The notes under the pieces: model-generated
Database searches by the model: none
What the model saw: only the letters and a program-made list of their open reading frames with translations
What the model was told of the DNA's origin: nothing
Program-made: the position numbers and the translations under genes
DNA from: Candidatus Krumholzibacteriota bacterium
GTDB taxonomy: Bacteria; Krumholzibacteriota; Krumholzibacteriia; JAJRXK01
Length of the DNA: 64,000 nucleotides
Reading direction: 5' to 3'
Assembly: GCA_963727455.1 (NCBI GenBank)
Contig: CAVSGG010000017.1
Location: forward strand, 198,211-262,210
Part shown: piece after piece, positions 41,661 through 52,600 of the stretch
Layout: every line of letters begins with the position of its first letter
Position numbering within the stretch: the stretch's first letter is position 1

Positions 41661-42017
41661 GAGGAAATCCCATCCAGACCTTTGCGCGGGATGGGCTCAC
41701 CCACTGCTTCAGCAGAGCCATCCTCCTGGTCTCCCTGAACGCTCCCGCCACCATACTGGGGGAAATACACACCAGAGCCCTGCGGATGTCCAGAGGCATC
41801 GCCCCACAGTGAACAGTTTCTTTCCACCTCGATTCTACATGGACTTCGACTTGTCGTGAGACATTCGTGTGCTACTCTGGCGCTCTCACGACCGACGGAG
41901 GTCGCCCCCAATCGGTGCATCCCCCCTCGTCCGAGCGATCCAGCTTCCGCCGGTATTTCGTCGCTTCACGATGGGCTCCTTTCGAACCCAAAATTCTCGC
42001 CATTCGAGGAGGTTGTC

Positions 42018-44604
42018 TTGAGGACTTCCCGCGTCATGGGCGTCTGCTGCCTATTGATAGCTTCGCTGATTCTTTGGACCGGCTGTGGAAACGATCACAA
42101 CCCCGATCTCGTCACCCCGCAACCAACTTCTCATCCACTCGAAAATACCGGCCTGCAACATTCGGTGCCAGCCGGCTACTACGATACGGTCGACCTGACG
42201 AACGCGACCACCTTGCGCAACTCCTTGCACAACATCATCAAGGATCACGTACGATACCCCTACACTTCGACCAGCACGGACACCTGGGACATTTTGGAGC
42301 AGGCCGACGAGGATCCAGCTAATCCCAACAACATCCTCGACCTATATCGCAATGCGAGTTACCCGAAGCAGGGTGGGGGAAACACCTACTACCAGCGCGA
42401 ACACTCCTGGCCCAAATCCTACGGATTCCCCAACGACAATTCCTCAAACTACCCCTACACCGACTGTCATCACCTTTTCTTGTGTGACGGCAGTTATAAC
42501 GGGGCGCGCAGCAACAAGCCCTTCCGCTTCTGTTCGGCCAGCTGTACCGAGGAACCCACTCTTCTGACCAATGGTGTTGGCGGTGGAAGCGGGGTATACC
42601 CGGGCAACTCGAACTGGACGAGCGGCTCCTACACCCAGGGAACCTGGGAAGTGTGGCAAGACCGCCGCGGCGATGTGGCGCGCGCCATGTTCTACATGGA
42701 CGTTCGCTACGAGGGCGGTACGAACAGCAATGGTGCCTCAGAACCCGACCTGATTCTCACCGACGACGAAGCCCTGATCGATGCTTCCAATACCGGCAGC
42801 AACGAGAGCGTCGGCTACATGGGTATGCTCACCGTCCTTCTGGAGTGGAATCAAGAGGACCCCGTCGACGCCAAAGAAGAGCACAAGAACGACGTGGTTT
42901 ACAGCTATCAGGGCAATCGCAATCCCTTCGTGGATCATCCGGAGTGGGTGGGTTGCGTCTTCGGTGGCAATTGTTCGGGTGGCGGAGACGTCACACCTCC
43001 CGCCGCGCCCACGGGGCTCGTAGCCAGCGCAGGGGACGGCATTGTGGACCTGGATTGGGCCGACAATACCGAGGGTGATCTCGACGGCTATCACGTATAC
43101 CGTGCCACCTCGGCGAGCGGTCCCTTCAGCCGTATCGACGCCTCGCTGCTCTCCAGCAGCAACTATCACGACAGCGGACTGAGCAACGGGACCACCTACT
43201 ACTATCAGGTGACCGCGGTCGACCTGAGCGCGAACGAGTCCGCAACCAGCACGACGGAGAGCGCGACGCCACAGGGTGGCAGCAGCGGCGGAGGCATCGC
43301 CTGGATTAACGAGTTCCACTACGACAACACCAGTGGCGACACCGGCGAGTTCTTCGAAATTGCGGGCAGCGCGGGAACCAATCTCTCGGGCTGGTCTGTG
43401 ATCGGATACAACGGCAATGGAGGCGGCGCTTACCAGACCGTGACTCTCTCGGGGACTCTTCCCGATCAGTCTTCCGGCTTTGGAACTCTGAGTTTCGCAT
43501 TCGTGGGCATGCAAAATGGCTCGCCCGATGGACTGGCTCTCATCGATGGAAGCAACCAGGTAGTGGAATTCCTGAGCTACGAGGGAACTTTCACCGCCAC
43601 CGACGGTACGGCTGTCGGCATGAGTTCGACCGATGTGGGGGTGAGCGAGGATAGCGGTACTCCAGTCGGCGATTCGCTACAGAGAACCGGTAGCGGAACT
43701 ACCGCCGCTGAGTTCAGTTGGACCGGTCCCTTGGCCGAAAGTCCAGGCCAGATCAACGCGGGTCAGAGCTTCGGCGGACCGCCTCCGGACACCACACCTC
43801 CGGCGGCACCGACGGGACTGGTCGCGACGGCCGGCGACGGTGTCGTCGACCTCGATTGGGCCGACAACACCGAGGGCGATCTCGCCGGTTACAAGGTGCT
43901 GCGCTCTACCAGCTCCGGAGGATCTTACACCGTTCTCAACGGCAGCCTGCTTTCTTCGAGCCTCTACAGCGACACTTCGGTGAGTAACGGAACGACCTAT
44001 TCCTACGTGGTGCAGGCGGTCGATCAGGTTGGCAACGCTTCGGCCTACAGCAGTGAGGTCAGCGCTCTCCCCGAGGCCCCGGCACCGGTGGCATGGATCA
44101 ACGAATTCCATTACGACAATCGCAAGACGGATCGCAACGAGTTCGTGGAAGTCGCGGGCAATGCGGGCCTCGATCTGAGCGGGTGGACCCTCGTGGGCTA
44201 CAATGGAGCGAACGGCTCGGCGTACGACTACCATCTCCCTCTCCGGTGTGGTTTCCAATGAGCAGAACGGCTTCGGCACCTTGGCATTCGGCTTCTCGGG
44301 TCTGCAGAACGGATCGCCGGACGGCATCGCGCTGGTGGACGACACGGGCGCGGTGGTGGAATTCTTGAGCTACGAGGGGACTTTCTTTGCTAGCGACGGT
44401 CCCGCCAACGGCCTGAGTTCGACCGATGTGGGCGTGAGTGAGGGGGGCTCGACCGGCAATCATGACTCCCTGCAACGCGTCGGCACGGGTCAACAGGGAA
44501 GCGATTTCTCCTGGACCGGTCCGACTTCCTCGAGTGCCGGCCAGATCAACAGTGGCCAGACTCTCTCGGGCCAGCAGCTCACGATGTCGATCGTGAATTA
44601 CTGA
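42018..44604 (+). CDS. Secreted endonuclease I (Bsn/EndA-like) lipoprotein with 2x (FN3 + lamin-tail-like) modules; one frameshift near 44230
   Basis: GAGGAGG RBS plus TTG at 42018, lipobox WTG-C; REHSWPKS, TDCHHL, N..RSN, RGDVARAMFYMDVRY, QGNRNPFVDHPE; PAAPTGL FN3 units; WINEFHYDN domains. The last domain continues in the 44203..44604 frame. Confidence 0.85.
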
Positions 44605-44646
44605 GCTGCGAGAGCTGGGCTGTCCATTGCCCCACGTCTCGATGAC

Positions 44647-44678
44647 CGGTGGCCTCGTCCCAAGGGACGGGGCCACCG
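44647..44678. terminator. Strong GC hairpin downstream of the endonuclease gene (probable terminator)
   Basis: CGGTGGCCTCGTCCC-AA-GGGACGGGGCCACCG; no clear U-tract. Confidence 0.55.
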
Positions 44679-44732
44679 TACCTAGGAAGCTCGTGATTAG
44701 ACAAAATTCGTGTTTTCGGTTAATTTCCCGCC

Positions 44733-45326
44733 ATGTCTGAATCGCCCCTGAACGTTCTGGCCGTGAGCGGGAGCCTCCACGAGAGATCCGTAACGCTCAA
44801 GGTCCTCTCCCAGATCGCGGACAGGCTGCGCGACGTCGGATGTGCCGTCGATCTCCTCGATTTACGCGAGGAGCCACTGCCCCTCTTCGATCCTGACACT
44901 GCCTACGATCAGCCCGAATATGAGCGAGTGAGATTACGGGTGTTGAAGGCCGATGTCTTCCTGTTGGGAACTCCGGACTACCATGGAAGTCCGAGCGGCG
45001 TGCTGAAAAATTTTCTGGATCACTTCTGGCGCGAATTCAGCGGCAAGCTGATAGCCACCGTGGTTGCGTCGCACGAGAAGGGGCTCACCGTCACCGATCA
45101 ACTGCGCACCGTCGCGCGGCAGTGCTACGCATGGACCCTGCCTTACGGCGTGTCCTTCCACGGACGCATGGATCTGAAGGACGGGCACATCGCGAGCGAG
45201 GCTCTGGAGAAACGCGCCGAGATGTTGGTCCACGACATCAGAGTGTATGGGCAGCTCTTGGCCCAGCAACGCGCGGCCGATCTCGCAGGGAAGAACCCGG
45301 GCTTTCTCGCCCGATTGAGAAAGTAG
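44733..45326 (+). CDS. NADPH-dependent FMN reductase
   Basis: VSGSL...S, LDLREEPLPLFD, GTPDYHGSPSGVLKNFLD. Confidence 0.9.
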   Translation: MSESPLNVLAVSGSLHERSVTLKVLSQIADRLRDVGCAVDLLDLREEPLPLFDPDTAYDQPEYERVRLRVLKADVFLLGTPDYHGSPSGVLKNFLDHFWREFSGKLIATVVASHEKGLTVTDQLRTVARQCYAWTLPYGVSFHGRMDLKDGHIASEALEKRAEMLVHDIRVYGQLLAQQRAADLAGKNPGFLARLRK

Positions 45327-45386
45327 AGCCGGGCACGGCGCGTTCAGCACGCGGCCCGGCCCCTCGGCTGCGTGAGAAGCTCGTTC

Positions 45387-46133
45387 TCAGTTGTCGTACT
45401 TGGCCTTCATCGCACCCCAGCTCATGCCAGCTGCCGGTACCGGAGATTCGCAGGTCTTGAAGTTCTGCGTTTCACCGCTCGTACCTCCTTGACCGTCGAG
45501 TATACTGCCGGGGCAACCTTGCCAGTCGATCTGGTACCCGATGTCGAAGAAGCTATCGACCTGGAAGTCGGTCCCGGGGGAGCCGATCCGCGTAAGAGTC
45601 GTGTGACCGGCACCCGGCAATATGAAGTCCAAACCGGCTGTGAGATGCAGGGTGCAGAAGTCAGGGTCACCGAAGAGTTCTCCCTCGAGGCTATTCAGCT
45701 CGGTGTCGAAATCCTGCACCGCGTCTCCGGGGGTTCGCGGTGCCGAGCTCATCGTTCCTGTAACCGGGAGAGTGATGAATCGGTGGAAGCCCGCGAGATC
45801 CCCCGTCCCATCCATCGTCATTTCGAGATTGCCGGAGAACGAGGATACCGTTCCTCCCAGCGTTCCGCCCGGACCTTCCGAACTGGAACTCACGATGAGG
45901 GCGCCACTGATGTCAATACTCGCTGTTCCACTGAAGCCACTGGTGATGTGCATGGCACCCACATACCCACTCGGACAGAGAGGGGCCATGTCTACCGTGC
46001 CACTGCCGTTGTCGGGCAGAACACAGCAGGAGGAGCTTTGGGCGAGCACACCTTGCGCACCCGAGAGTAGGAGGAAGATACAGGGCGCGAGAATTCGCAG
46101 CGCCTGGCGAGTCGTCGAGCGCAAGCGGGTCAT
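45387..46133 (-). CDS. Hypothetical secreted protein with C-terminal SWGxxKxxY motif
   Basis: AGGAG RBS, ATG 46133, signal peptide (VLA-Q), Cys-containing beta-rich body (PDNGSGT, VDSFFDI), ends PVPAAGMSWGAMKAKYDN. Confidence 0.75.
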   Translation of the reverse strand: MTRLRSTTRQALRILAPCIFLLLSGAQGVLAQSSSCCVLPDNGSGTVDMAPLCPSGYVGAMHITSGFSGTASIDISGALIVSSSSEGPGGTLGGTVSSFSGNLEMTMDGTGDLAGFHRFITLPVTGTMSSAPRTPGDAVQDFDTELNSLEGELFGDPDFCTLHLTAGLDFILPGAGHTTLTRIGSPGTDFQVDSFFDIGYQIDWQGCPGSILDGQGGTSGETQNFKTCESPVPAAGMSWGAMKAKYDN

Positions 46134-46260
46134 AGAGTCGTCTCCTGATCTGTGGGGAATACTTGCTGCGCCAACCATAGCACACCCCTCCCATGCGAAA
46201 CTGGCAGGGGGAGGTCCGCGATTTCCTTTGACCGCGTCGTTCCGTTGCCCCATATTTCCA

Positions 46261-46277
46261 TTGAAAATCGTTTTCAA
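46261..46277. promoter_or_regulatory. Palindromic operator, Fur-family-like
   Basis: TTGAAAA-TCG-TTTTCAA with perfect 7-bp arms in a divergent intergenic region. Confidence 0.5.
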
Positions 46278-46339
46278 CTACTTCCGAGTTCGGACCCCGA
46301 GACGGGGAAGCTAGCGGACCCGTTGCCACAAAATCAGTT

Positions 46340-47125
46340 ATGCGAGCTAGCTTCAAGATCTACCGAGAAGGTATGGCTGGGCTTCTGATGGGGGGGCTCC
46401 TTGTAACGGTCGCCCCGGCCGCGGCCCTCGATACCACCGAGCCCTACGGCCTGCGGGTCGTCAACGCCGAATATTACCTGGGCTACGGCGGAGTGGGACT
46501 GGCCCGTGGCCAGCGGGAGCTCTCCCACGAGTTCATCCTGGGCTACGGCGTGGGAGAATGGGGGTCCGTCTACGTGGGGAGCAACCTCACGAGCGACCAG
46601 CAGGACTTCGCCACGGATACGGATCTGTTGACCGGGATCATGGTGACGGTCCTGGATGGCTCGCATCTCGACCTGGACTTGATGTTGGATCTCGGCGCAC
46701 CCAGCCACGATCTCAAGGCGCTGCGTTGGGCGCCCTCGATCGAGCTCAACTACGATGATGATCCCGACATGGCAAGTTGGGGGGTGTACTTGCGGACTGG
46801 CATCGAAGGGCGAAGGGAACGAGGTGAATTCGAGGGGGACGCGCGGTCGTGGCACGAGAGATCCGACTTTGGCGTGAACCCGGGCGCTTACCTGCGATTG
46901 TCCGAACGCCATGAGTTACTCATCGAGTACGATCAGACCATCGCTCTAGGGGAAGGCCGAGCCGCGGATGAAAATGGCTCCGGAATCGGACTGGGCTTCA
47001 ATCTTCTGCTCTCGGACAGCGTCGAGCTCATCAGCCAGATCCACCGTGATTTTCCCCGCGCAGGCGATCGGGCGCGGCTCGGCCTTAGCGTGGGCTTCAT
47101 CGCGACCCTACCAACTGGACGCTAG
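46340..47125 (+). CDS. Hypothetical exported protein, probable outer-membrane beta-barrel
   Basis: Signal peptide (AAA-LDT), amphipathic strands, C-terminal LGLSVGFIATL. Confidence 0.6.
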   Translation: MRASFKIYREGMAGLLMGGLLVTVAPAAALDTTEPYGLRVVNAEYYLGYGGVGLARGQRELSHEFILGYGVGEWGSVYVGSNLTSDQQDFATDTDLLTGIMVTVLDGSHLDLDLMLDLGAPSHDLKALRWAPSIELNYDDDPDMASWGVYLRTGIEGRRERGEFEGDARSWHERSDFGVNPGAYLRLSERHELLIEYDQTIALGEGRAADENGSGIGLGFNLLLSDSVELISQIHRDFPRAGDRARLGLSVGFIATLPTGR

Positions 47126-47147
47126 ACGTCTCAAGAGCGTGCAGTTT

Positions 47148-47830
47148 CAACTTCCCACCTGAACCGGTGGCGTGTCGCCGGTGTGATTCCCGGACTCAAT
47201 AGACCTTCCGGCGGATCAGGTGCCAGCAATGGTGAAGTCTAGTGTGAATCCGTTCAACTCACTCTCCTGACAACTGGATTGGAGAAAGCTCTGCGCGGGT
47301 GTCGCCCGAGAGGGTTACGCCCCAGCCGAATCGTTGCAAGGGAAGGGTCTGATTCAGCGCGATCGAGCTACCGTCGGACCATTTTTCGGGAACGGTGAAG
47401 GTGAAAGAAGCGCCCAGTAGCTGATAACCCTCGGAGAGTCCGATCGCTCTTGCAGTGGCGGAAACGCGAAGGAGAATCCCTGTCGTTTTGTCACCACGCA
47501 GGGTCGAATTGGAGTAGTCAATCGTGGTCCAGGTTCCTTCAAGCTGCATAGACAAATCAGACGTCACCGCTACGATGGAATTGCCACTGGTAGACACTTC
47601 CGAGACATACAAGAGAGAATATGGCGGGATGTTCGTGCTGACCACGAGCGCTGGCGACAGACTGATGCTGACGTAGACCACATCTCCGGAAGATACGTTT
47701 TCTACCTTCGGGGCTGGCAGCTCTGCATCGCCGCAGCTGGTCGATCCGGCAGTGGGGCTCTCGCTGCAATGACCATGAGGGGAACGACGGCGCGAATCGT
47801 GGGCGTGAGTCGGCGCAGATAGAGCTCCTT
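47148..47830 (-). pseudogene. Decayed tandem pair of lipoprotein paralogs of 53027-54411
   Basis: 47259-47681 aligns to the C-terminal two thirds of the intact paralogs. Upstream fragments read RRLTPTIRAV and ESPTAGSTSCGD. Downstream 47148-47260 reads ELNGFTLDFTIAGT*SAG...GDTPPVQ. Confidence 0.75.
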
Positions 47831-48104
47831 GGAAGGGCGAATCCTCCTTACCCTACCCCGGTTCCCACGCGCAGAGCAAGGAAGGCACCCCGCTGTTCGC
47901 ATGGGGAGCAAAATCGAGTTTGAGGTAGTGACCCCTCGCAATGGACTGAGCGCGCAAGAGCTTTGCCAACAAGGCCACAGGGCCGCGTGACATTGTTGTC
48001 CCGTGAGACAAAGAACTCGGGTGACCTGGGACTTCCGTTCGGCGAACAATCGTTCGTGGATTCCCCGTCAATCCTTCGCGCTTAAACGCGGAAGGGAGGT
48101 TTCT

Positions 48105-49035
48105 ATGGCTCAGATTCGCACCCTCGATGGGTCCGCGGTCGACATTGGCAAAGACGCACTTGACGAGTTGAGTAAAGCGCTCGGTGGTGATCTGCGCGGC
48201 CCAGGTGACACTGTCTATGACGAAGCCTGTGACATTTGGAACGCGATGGTCGAGCGCCAGCCGGCATTCGTTGCACGCTGCCGTTCGAGTGCCGAGGTCT
48301 CGAAGGTGGTAAAATTTGCCGCCGCGCACAAAGTGTTGCTTTCGGTGCGTGGACGCGGTCACCACAGAGGAACTGACGACCTGGGTTGTGATGCGCAAGG
48401 CGCCGCCCCTCCCGTTCTTGCCCGAAGATGTCCATGGCAAGGAGGTTGTGGTCTTGGCGCTTCTCCACTGTCGCGATCCCGCTACGGCCGAGCGTGAGGT
48501 CAAGCCTCACTTGGAGTTTGGCAAGCCCGTCGGCAGCCACCTCGGCGTGCAATTTTTTGCGGCCTGGCAACAAGCTTTCGACCCATTGCTTACCCCGGGT
48601 TCCCGCAACTATTGGAAGTCTCACAATTTTGCGAGTCTCCCCGATGATCTGCTCGATGTTTTTGGCAGGGCCCTCGGGACTCTTCCGTCCGACTTTTCCG
48701 AGATCTTCATTTTTCAACTGGGCGGAGCAACCGGCCGTGTTGCCGTCGACGCGACCGCTTTTCCCCACCGGGATACGCGTTACGGGATGAACATTCACAC
48801 GCGCTGGGAGAGCGCTGCGGATGACGCCAAGTGCCTGGCCTGGGCACGGAAGCTCTTCGGAGACACCGAGCCCTATGCGACGGGCGGCGCTTACAGCAAC
48901 TTTCTGACCGACGATGCCGAGGATGCGGTAGCTACCGCCTATGGAAGCAACGCAAAGCGTTTGGCGGAGATCAAGGCAAAGTATGACCCGAACAATCTGT
49001 TCAGGATGAACCACAACGTGAAGCCGAAGAAGTGA
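48105..49035 (+). pseudogene. FAD-binding oxidoreductase (berberine-bridge-like) with large internal deletion and frameshift
   Basis: GGAGG RBS, N-terminus to SVRGRGH, then an abrupt jump in another frame at ~48365 to EELTTWVVMRKAPP...Y.NF...KAKYDPNNLFRMNHN (BBE domain). Confidence 0.8.
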
Positions 49036-49131
49036 TTCTGTGACCATGATGATCCCCGGTGCCATGATTCGCACCGGGGATCGCTAGGGGGGTGGTGAAG
49101 GCCAAATCGTAGCAGTGCAATGGGAGGAATC

Positions 49132-49288
49132 ATGTTCATGTGGATCGGTATCGGCACGATCGTTCAAACGGGATGATTCTCGTCGGACACTGGCTGGCGG
49201 AAGTGACAGAGCTTTTTGGACTGTTGGGAGCGCTGATCTCCCTGATTGTCGGTCTGCTTTGGGCGAGAGAGGGCGCGCGCGGATTCGG
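49132..49288 (+). pseudogene. Truncated, frameshifted copy of the small membrane protein gene at 54655
   Basis: ATGTTCATGTGGATCGGTATCGGCACG...CTGCTTTGGGCGAGAGAGG matches 54655-54810; reads MFMWIGIGTIVQTG* versus MFKWIGIGTVVQLAM. Confidence 0.85.
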
Positions 49289-49613
49289 CCAGAGGTGATG
49301 GAAATCCCGCCGGGACTTTTGCTCTCCGAGCAGGCGAGGAGCAGGAAGTTAGAGAGAGCAGAGGTGAGAAGAGGTGAGAAGAGACAGCCGCCCCATTCGA
49401 AAATCCATCCGAGCTTTGGATCGAATTGTCCGAGCTAAGCTATGCGTTGCACCCGAGGAAGAAATACGAAGGCAACTTAAACCCTAGCGATACGCGCAGC
49501 AAGCATGAGGTCAAGGTAGGGATCGTTAGCGTCATTCGAAGCTGGAAATCTGCTGTCAAAATGGAATACCATAACTTCATTGGTCCTGCCCTTCCCCCGA
49601 AGGGACTCCATTC

Positions 49614-52600
49614 ATGCTTACAGCTTCATTGGCTTCGGCTACTAGGTCCCGGAGTCGATTTCGTCATGCTCTGATCCTTCCGATGCTCTTGCTAACGTCC
49701 CTGTTTGTCTGTGGTGTCGACTGTCTGCCTGCCAGTGCACAGCCCAGCTGTCTGCCCAACTACGGAGTCCAATTCGTGGGCGCATTGGAAAACGACGCAC
49801 ACTTCGGCAAGTCCGTTTCCACTGCGGGAGATATCAACGGAGATGGTCTCGCGGATATCATCATTGGAGCACCGGACACCGATCTGGATGGCCTTGACAG
49901 AGGTTGGTGCGAGCTCTTCGAGAGCAACGGCGATGGTAGCTGGAGTTTCGCGGGGAGCTTTCTGGGAGACCAAGATTTTGGGAATGTCGGTAACTCGGTC
50001 GGCACTGCGGGCGACGTCAATGGCGATGGCTACGACGACATCATCGTGGGAGCCTACAACTACACCAACGGTGAAAGTGGAGAGGGGCGTGTCTACCTGT
50101 GGTACGGCGTGCCCTCAGGCTACCCCATTGGCGTTACTCCCGATTGGATGGAGGAACTCGATCTGGCTGGCGCACTTTTCGGCACTTCCGTTGCCACTGC
50201 GGGCGACGTCAATGGCGATGGCTACGCGGACGTCGTCATCGGCGCCCGTGGCGTGGGAGGCGGCATTTTGGGAAACGAGTCTGGCGCAGCCTACATCTTC
50301 TTCGGCTCGCCGAGCGGGCTCTCCAGTACTTACGATGAGGTCGTCTATGGTCTGACAGAGAGCGCTCGATTCGGAAGCTCGGTGGCGACCGCGGGTGACG
50401 TCAATGGCGATGGTTACGACGACGTCATCGTGGGTGCACCCGGCTTCGACGCTCTGGGCGATACTGCAAACGACAACGGAAAGGCTTTCGTTTACTACGG
50501 GTCCCCCACGGGAATCTCGACGACACCAGATTGGTCAGTGACGGGTGGCTTGGGCTCCCAGTTGGGGTACTCGGTCTTCACTGCCGGCGATGTCAACGGC
50601 GATGGCTACGCCGATGTAATCGTGGGTGCGCCAACCCGTCTCGACGGCTCTTTCGCTCCCGTCGGCGAAGCGGATGTCTATCTGGGGGGAGCCTCTGGTC
50701 TTGCGACCTCGCCGGTTTGGACGAAACTCGGCGCCGTATCCGGTGAGCGCTATGGCTTTGCCGTGTCGACCGCGGGTGACATCGATGGTGATGGATTCGC
50801 CGATATCATCGTCGGAATTCCCTGGGTGGGGAACGATCAGGGCCAAATCAAAGTGTACTTTGGCAGCGCCGCGGGTCCGCTTTCCTCACCCTGCACGCGC
50901 ACTTCCGGGCAGTTGGGTTCACATTTTGGCGCGGCAGTTTGTACGGCCGGCGACGTCGATGGGGACGGCTACTCGGAAATCATCGTGGGTGAGTACAATC
51001 GAGATCTTAGCAATCCTAGCTACACAGGAGCGGGTGCCGTCTGGGTCTACACTGGAGGACAGCGACTACCTTCGGAGTCGCCCGGCTGGATCGCCTCGGA
51101 TGGGACTGACACCGACAATGGACATGCTGCATCTACGGCGGGGGACGTCAATGGTGACGGCTACTCCGATGTCATCGTTGGTGCTCCGAATTACAGCAAC
51201 TTCATGTCTGGACATGGGCGCGCGCGGGTATATCTGGGAACCGCCTACGGTCTATCGACAAGTCCCTCTTGGTCGAACTCGCAGAGCGGCACCTCGTCCT
51301 ACGGGGCTTCCGTTTCACTCGCCGGGGATGTCAACGGCGACGGGTACACTGACGTTCTGGTGGGTGATCCCGACTTTGATGCGGGTCTCGGATACGAAGG
51401 TAAAGTCTTCGAGTTCGATGGAGGTCCGAGCGGACTCTCCAGCACCCCCTCTTGGAGCAAGGTGGGAGACGCGCAGTACAGCGACTTCGGCTACGCCGTA
51501 TCGGACGCGGGCGATGTAGATGGCGATGGTTACGGAGACGTCCTGATTGGTGCATTTGGGGTCGGTAGCTCGACTGCCTATTTGTTCCGTGGATCCGCCT
51601 CGGGACTGGAGACCACTCCCTCGTGGTTCGTTTCGCGGCAAAACGTCGGGGGAACGGTCAGCGGCGCGGGTGATGTGAATGCTGACGGCTACTCCGACGT
51701 CATCATCGGGAACTACGCGACTCTCTCGAGCTTCGGGGACTATCGAGGTGTGGCCATGGTATACCTGGGATCCTCCACGGGACTTCAAGACAGTCCCCAG
51801 GCCTATTGCTGGCTCAGCAGCCCCACCACCTACCTCATCGCAGTCGACAGCGCAGGCGATCTGAATGGCGATGGCTATTCGGACATCGTTTTGGGAGGGG
51901 AATCGCTCGATGGCATCGTGCAAGTGCACCTGGGAGGTCCCTCCGGAATCGATGAGAACGAAGCTTGGAGTCGTTTGGGAGCATCGGGAGAGAACCTGGG
52001 GTACTCGGTTGGATACGCTGGGGACGTCAATGGTGATGGGTACAGCGACATCATCGTTGGCTCGCCGCGTTACACGGGCAACCAGCAATACGAAGGCAAA
52101 GTGACCGTGTTCTTCGGGACACCCTCGAACTTTCCTCCGATCGGTAACGAGTGGTTTTTCGATTCCGATCAGGCGAACGCTGAGATGGGGAAGGTGGTTG
52201 CCACCTCCGGTGACGTGAACGGCGATGGATTTGCAGATCTTTTGGTGGCCAAGTGGGGCTTCGATCAGATCTTTTTGCACCCGGGGAATCAGGGGAACGG
52301 ATTGCCCAGGATTCCCCGCCAGGCGCAATACGACGGCTCGGCACCGATCGATTTGCTGGGTGCCGCGAATGTGCAAACTGCCTGGAACTTGAGAGCACTA
52401 GGCCGCTGTCCGGCGGGTCGAACGAAACTGCGGATGGAGTACGAGCTAAAGCCAGTTGGCGTGGCATTCGACGGATCGATTCAAGTGGGTGCTTACACCG
52501 ATACTGGTGCGCCGGTCAATCCGGATGGCAGCGCGGTCGCGCTCGAACAGCCAGTCACCGGGGCTGTTTCTGAAACCGCCTATCACTGGCGGCTGCGCTT

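Noticed and set aside
41665-41850. Possible riboswitch upstream of the LpxR-like gene (CCCATCC...GGATGGG hairpin)
   Set aside because: I could not match any riboswitch consensus; a single short stem is insufficient.
47148-47260. In-frame TGA at a conserved Trp position suggesting recoding
   Set aside because: It lies in a deletion-riddled relic, and intact genes in the window use TGA as stop and TGG for Trp; no selenoprotein context.
49361-49383. Short tandem GAGGTGAGAA repeat
   Set aside because: About two copies of a purine-rich 10-mer; compatible with chance or slippage.
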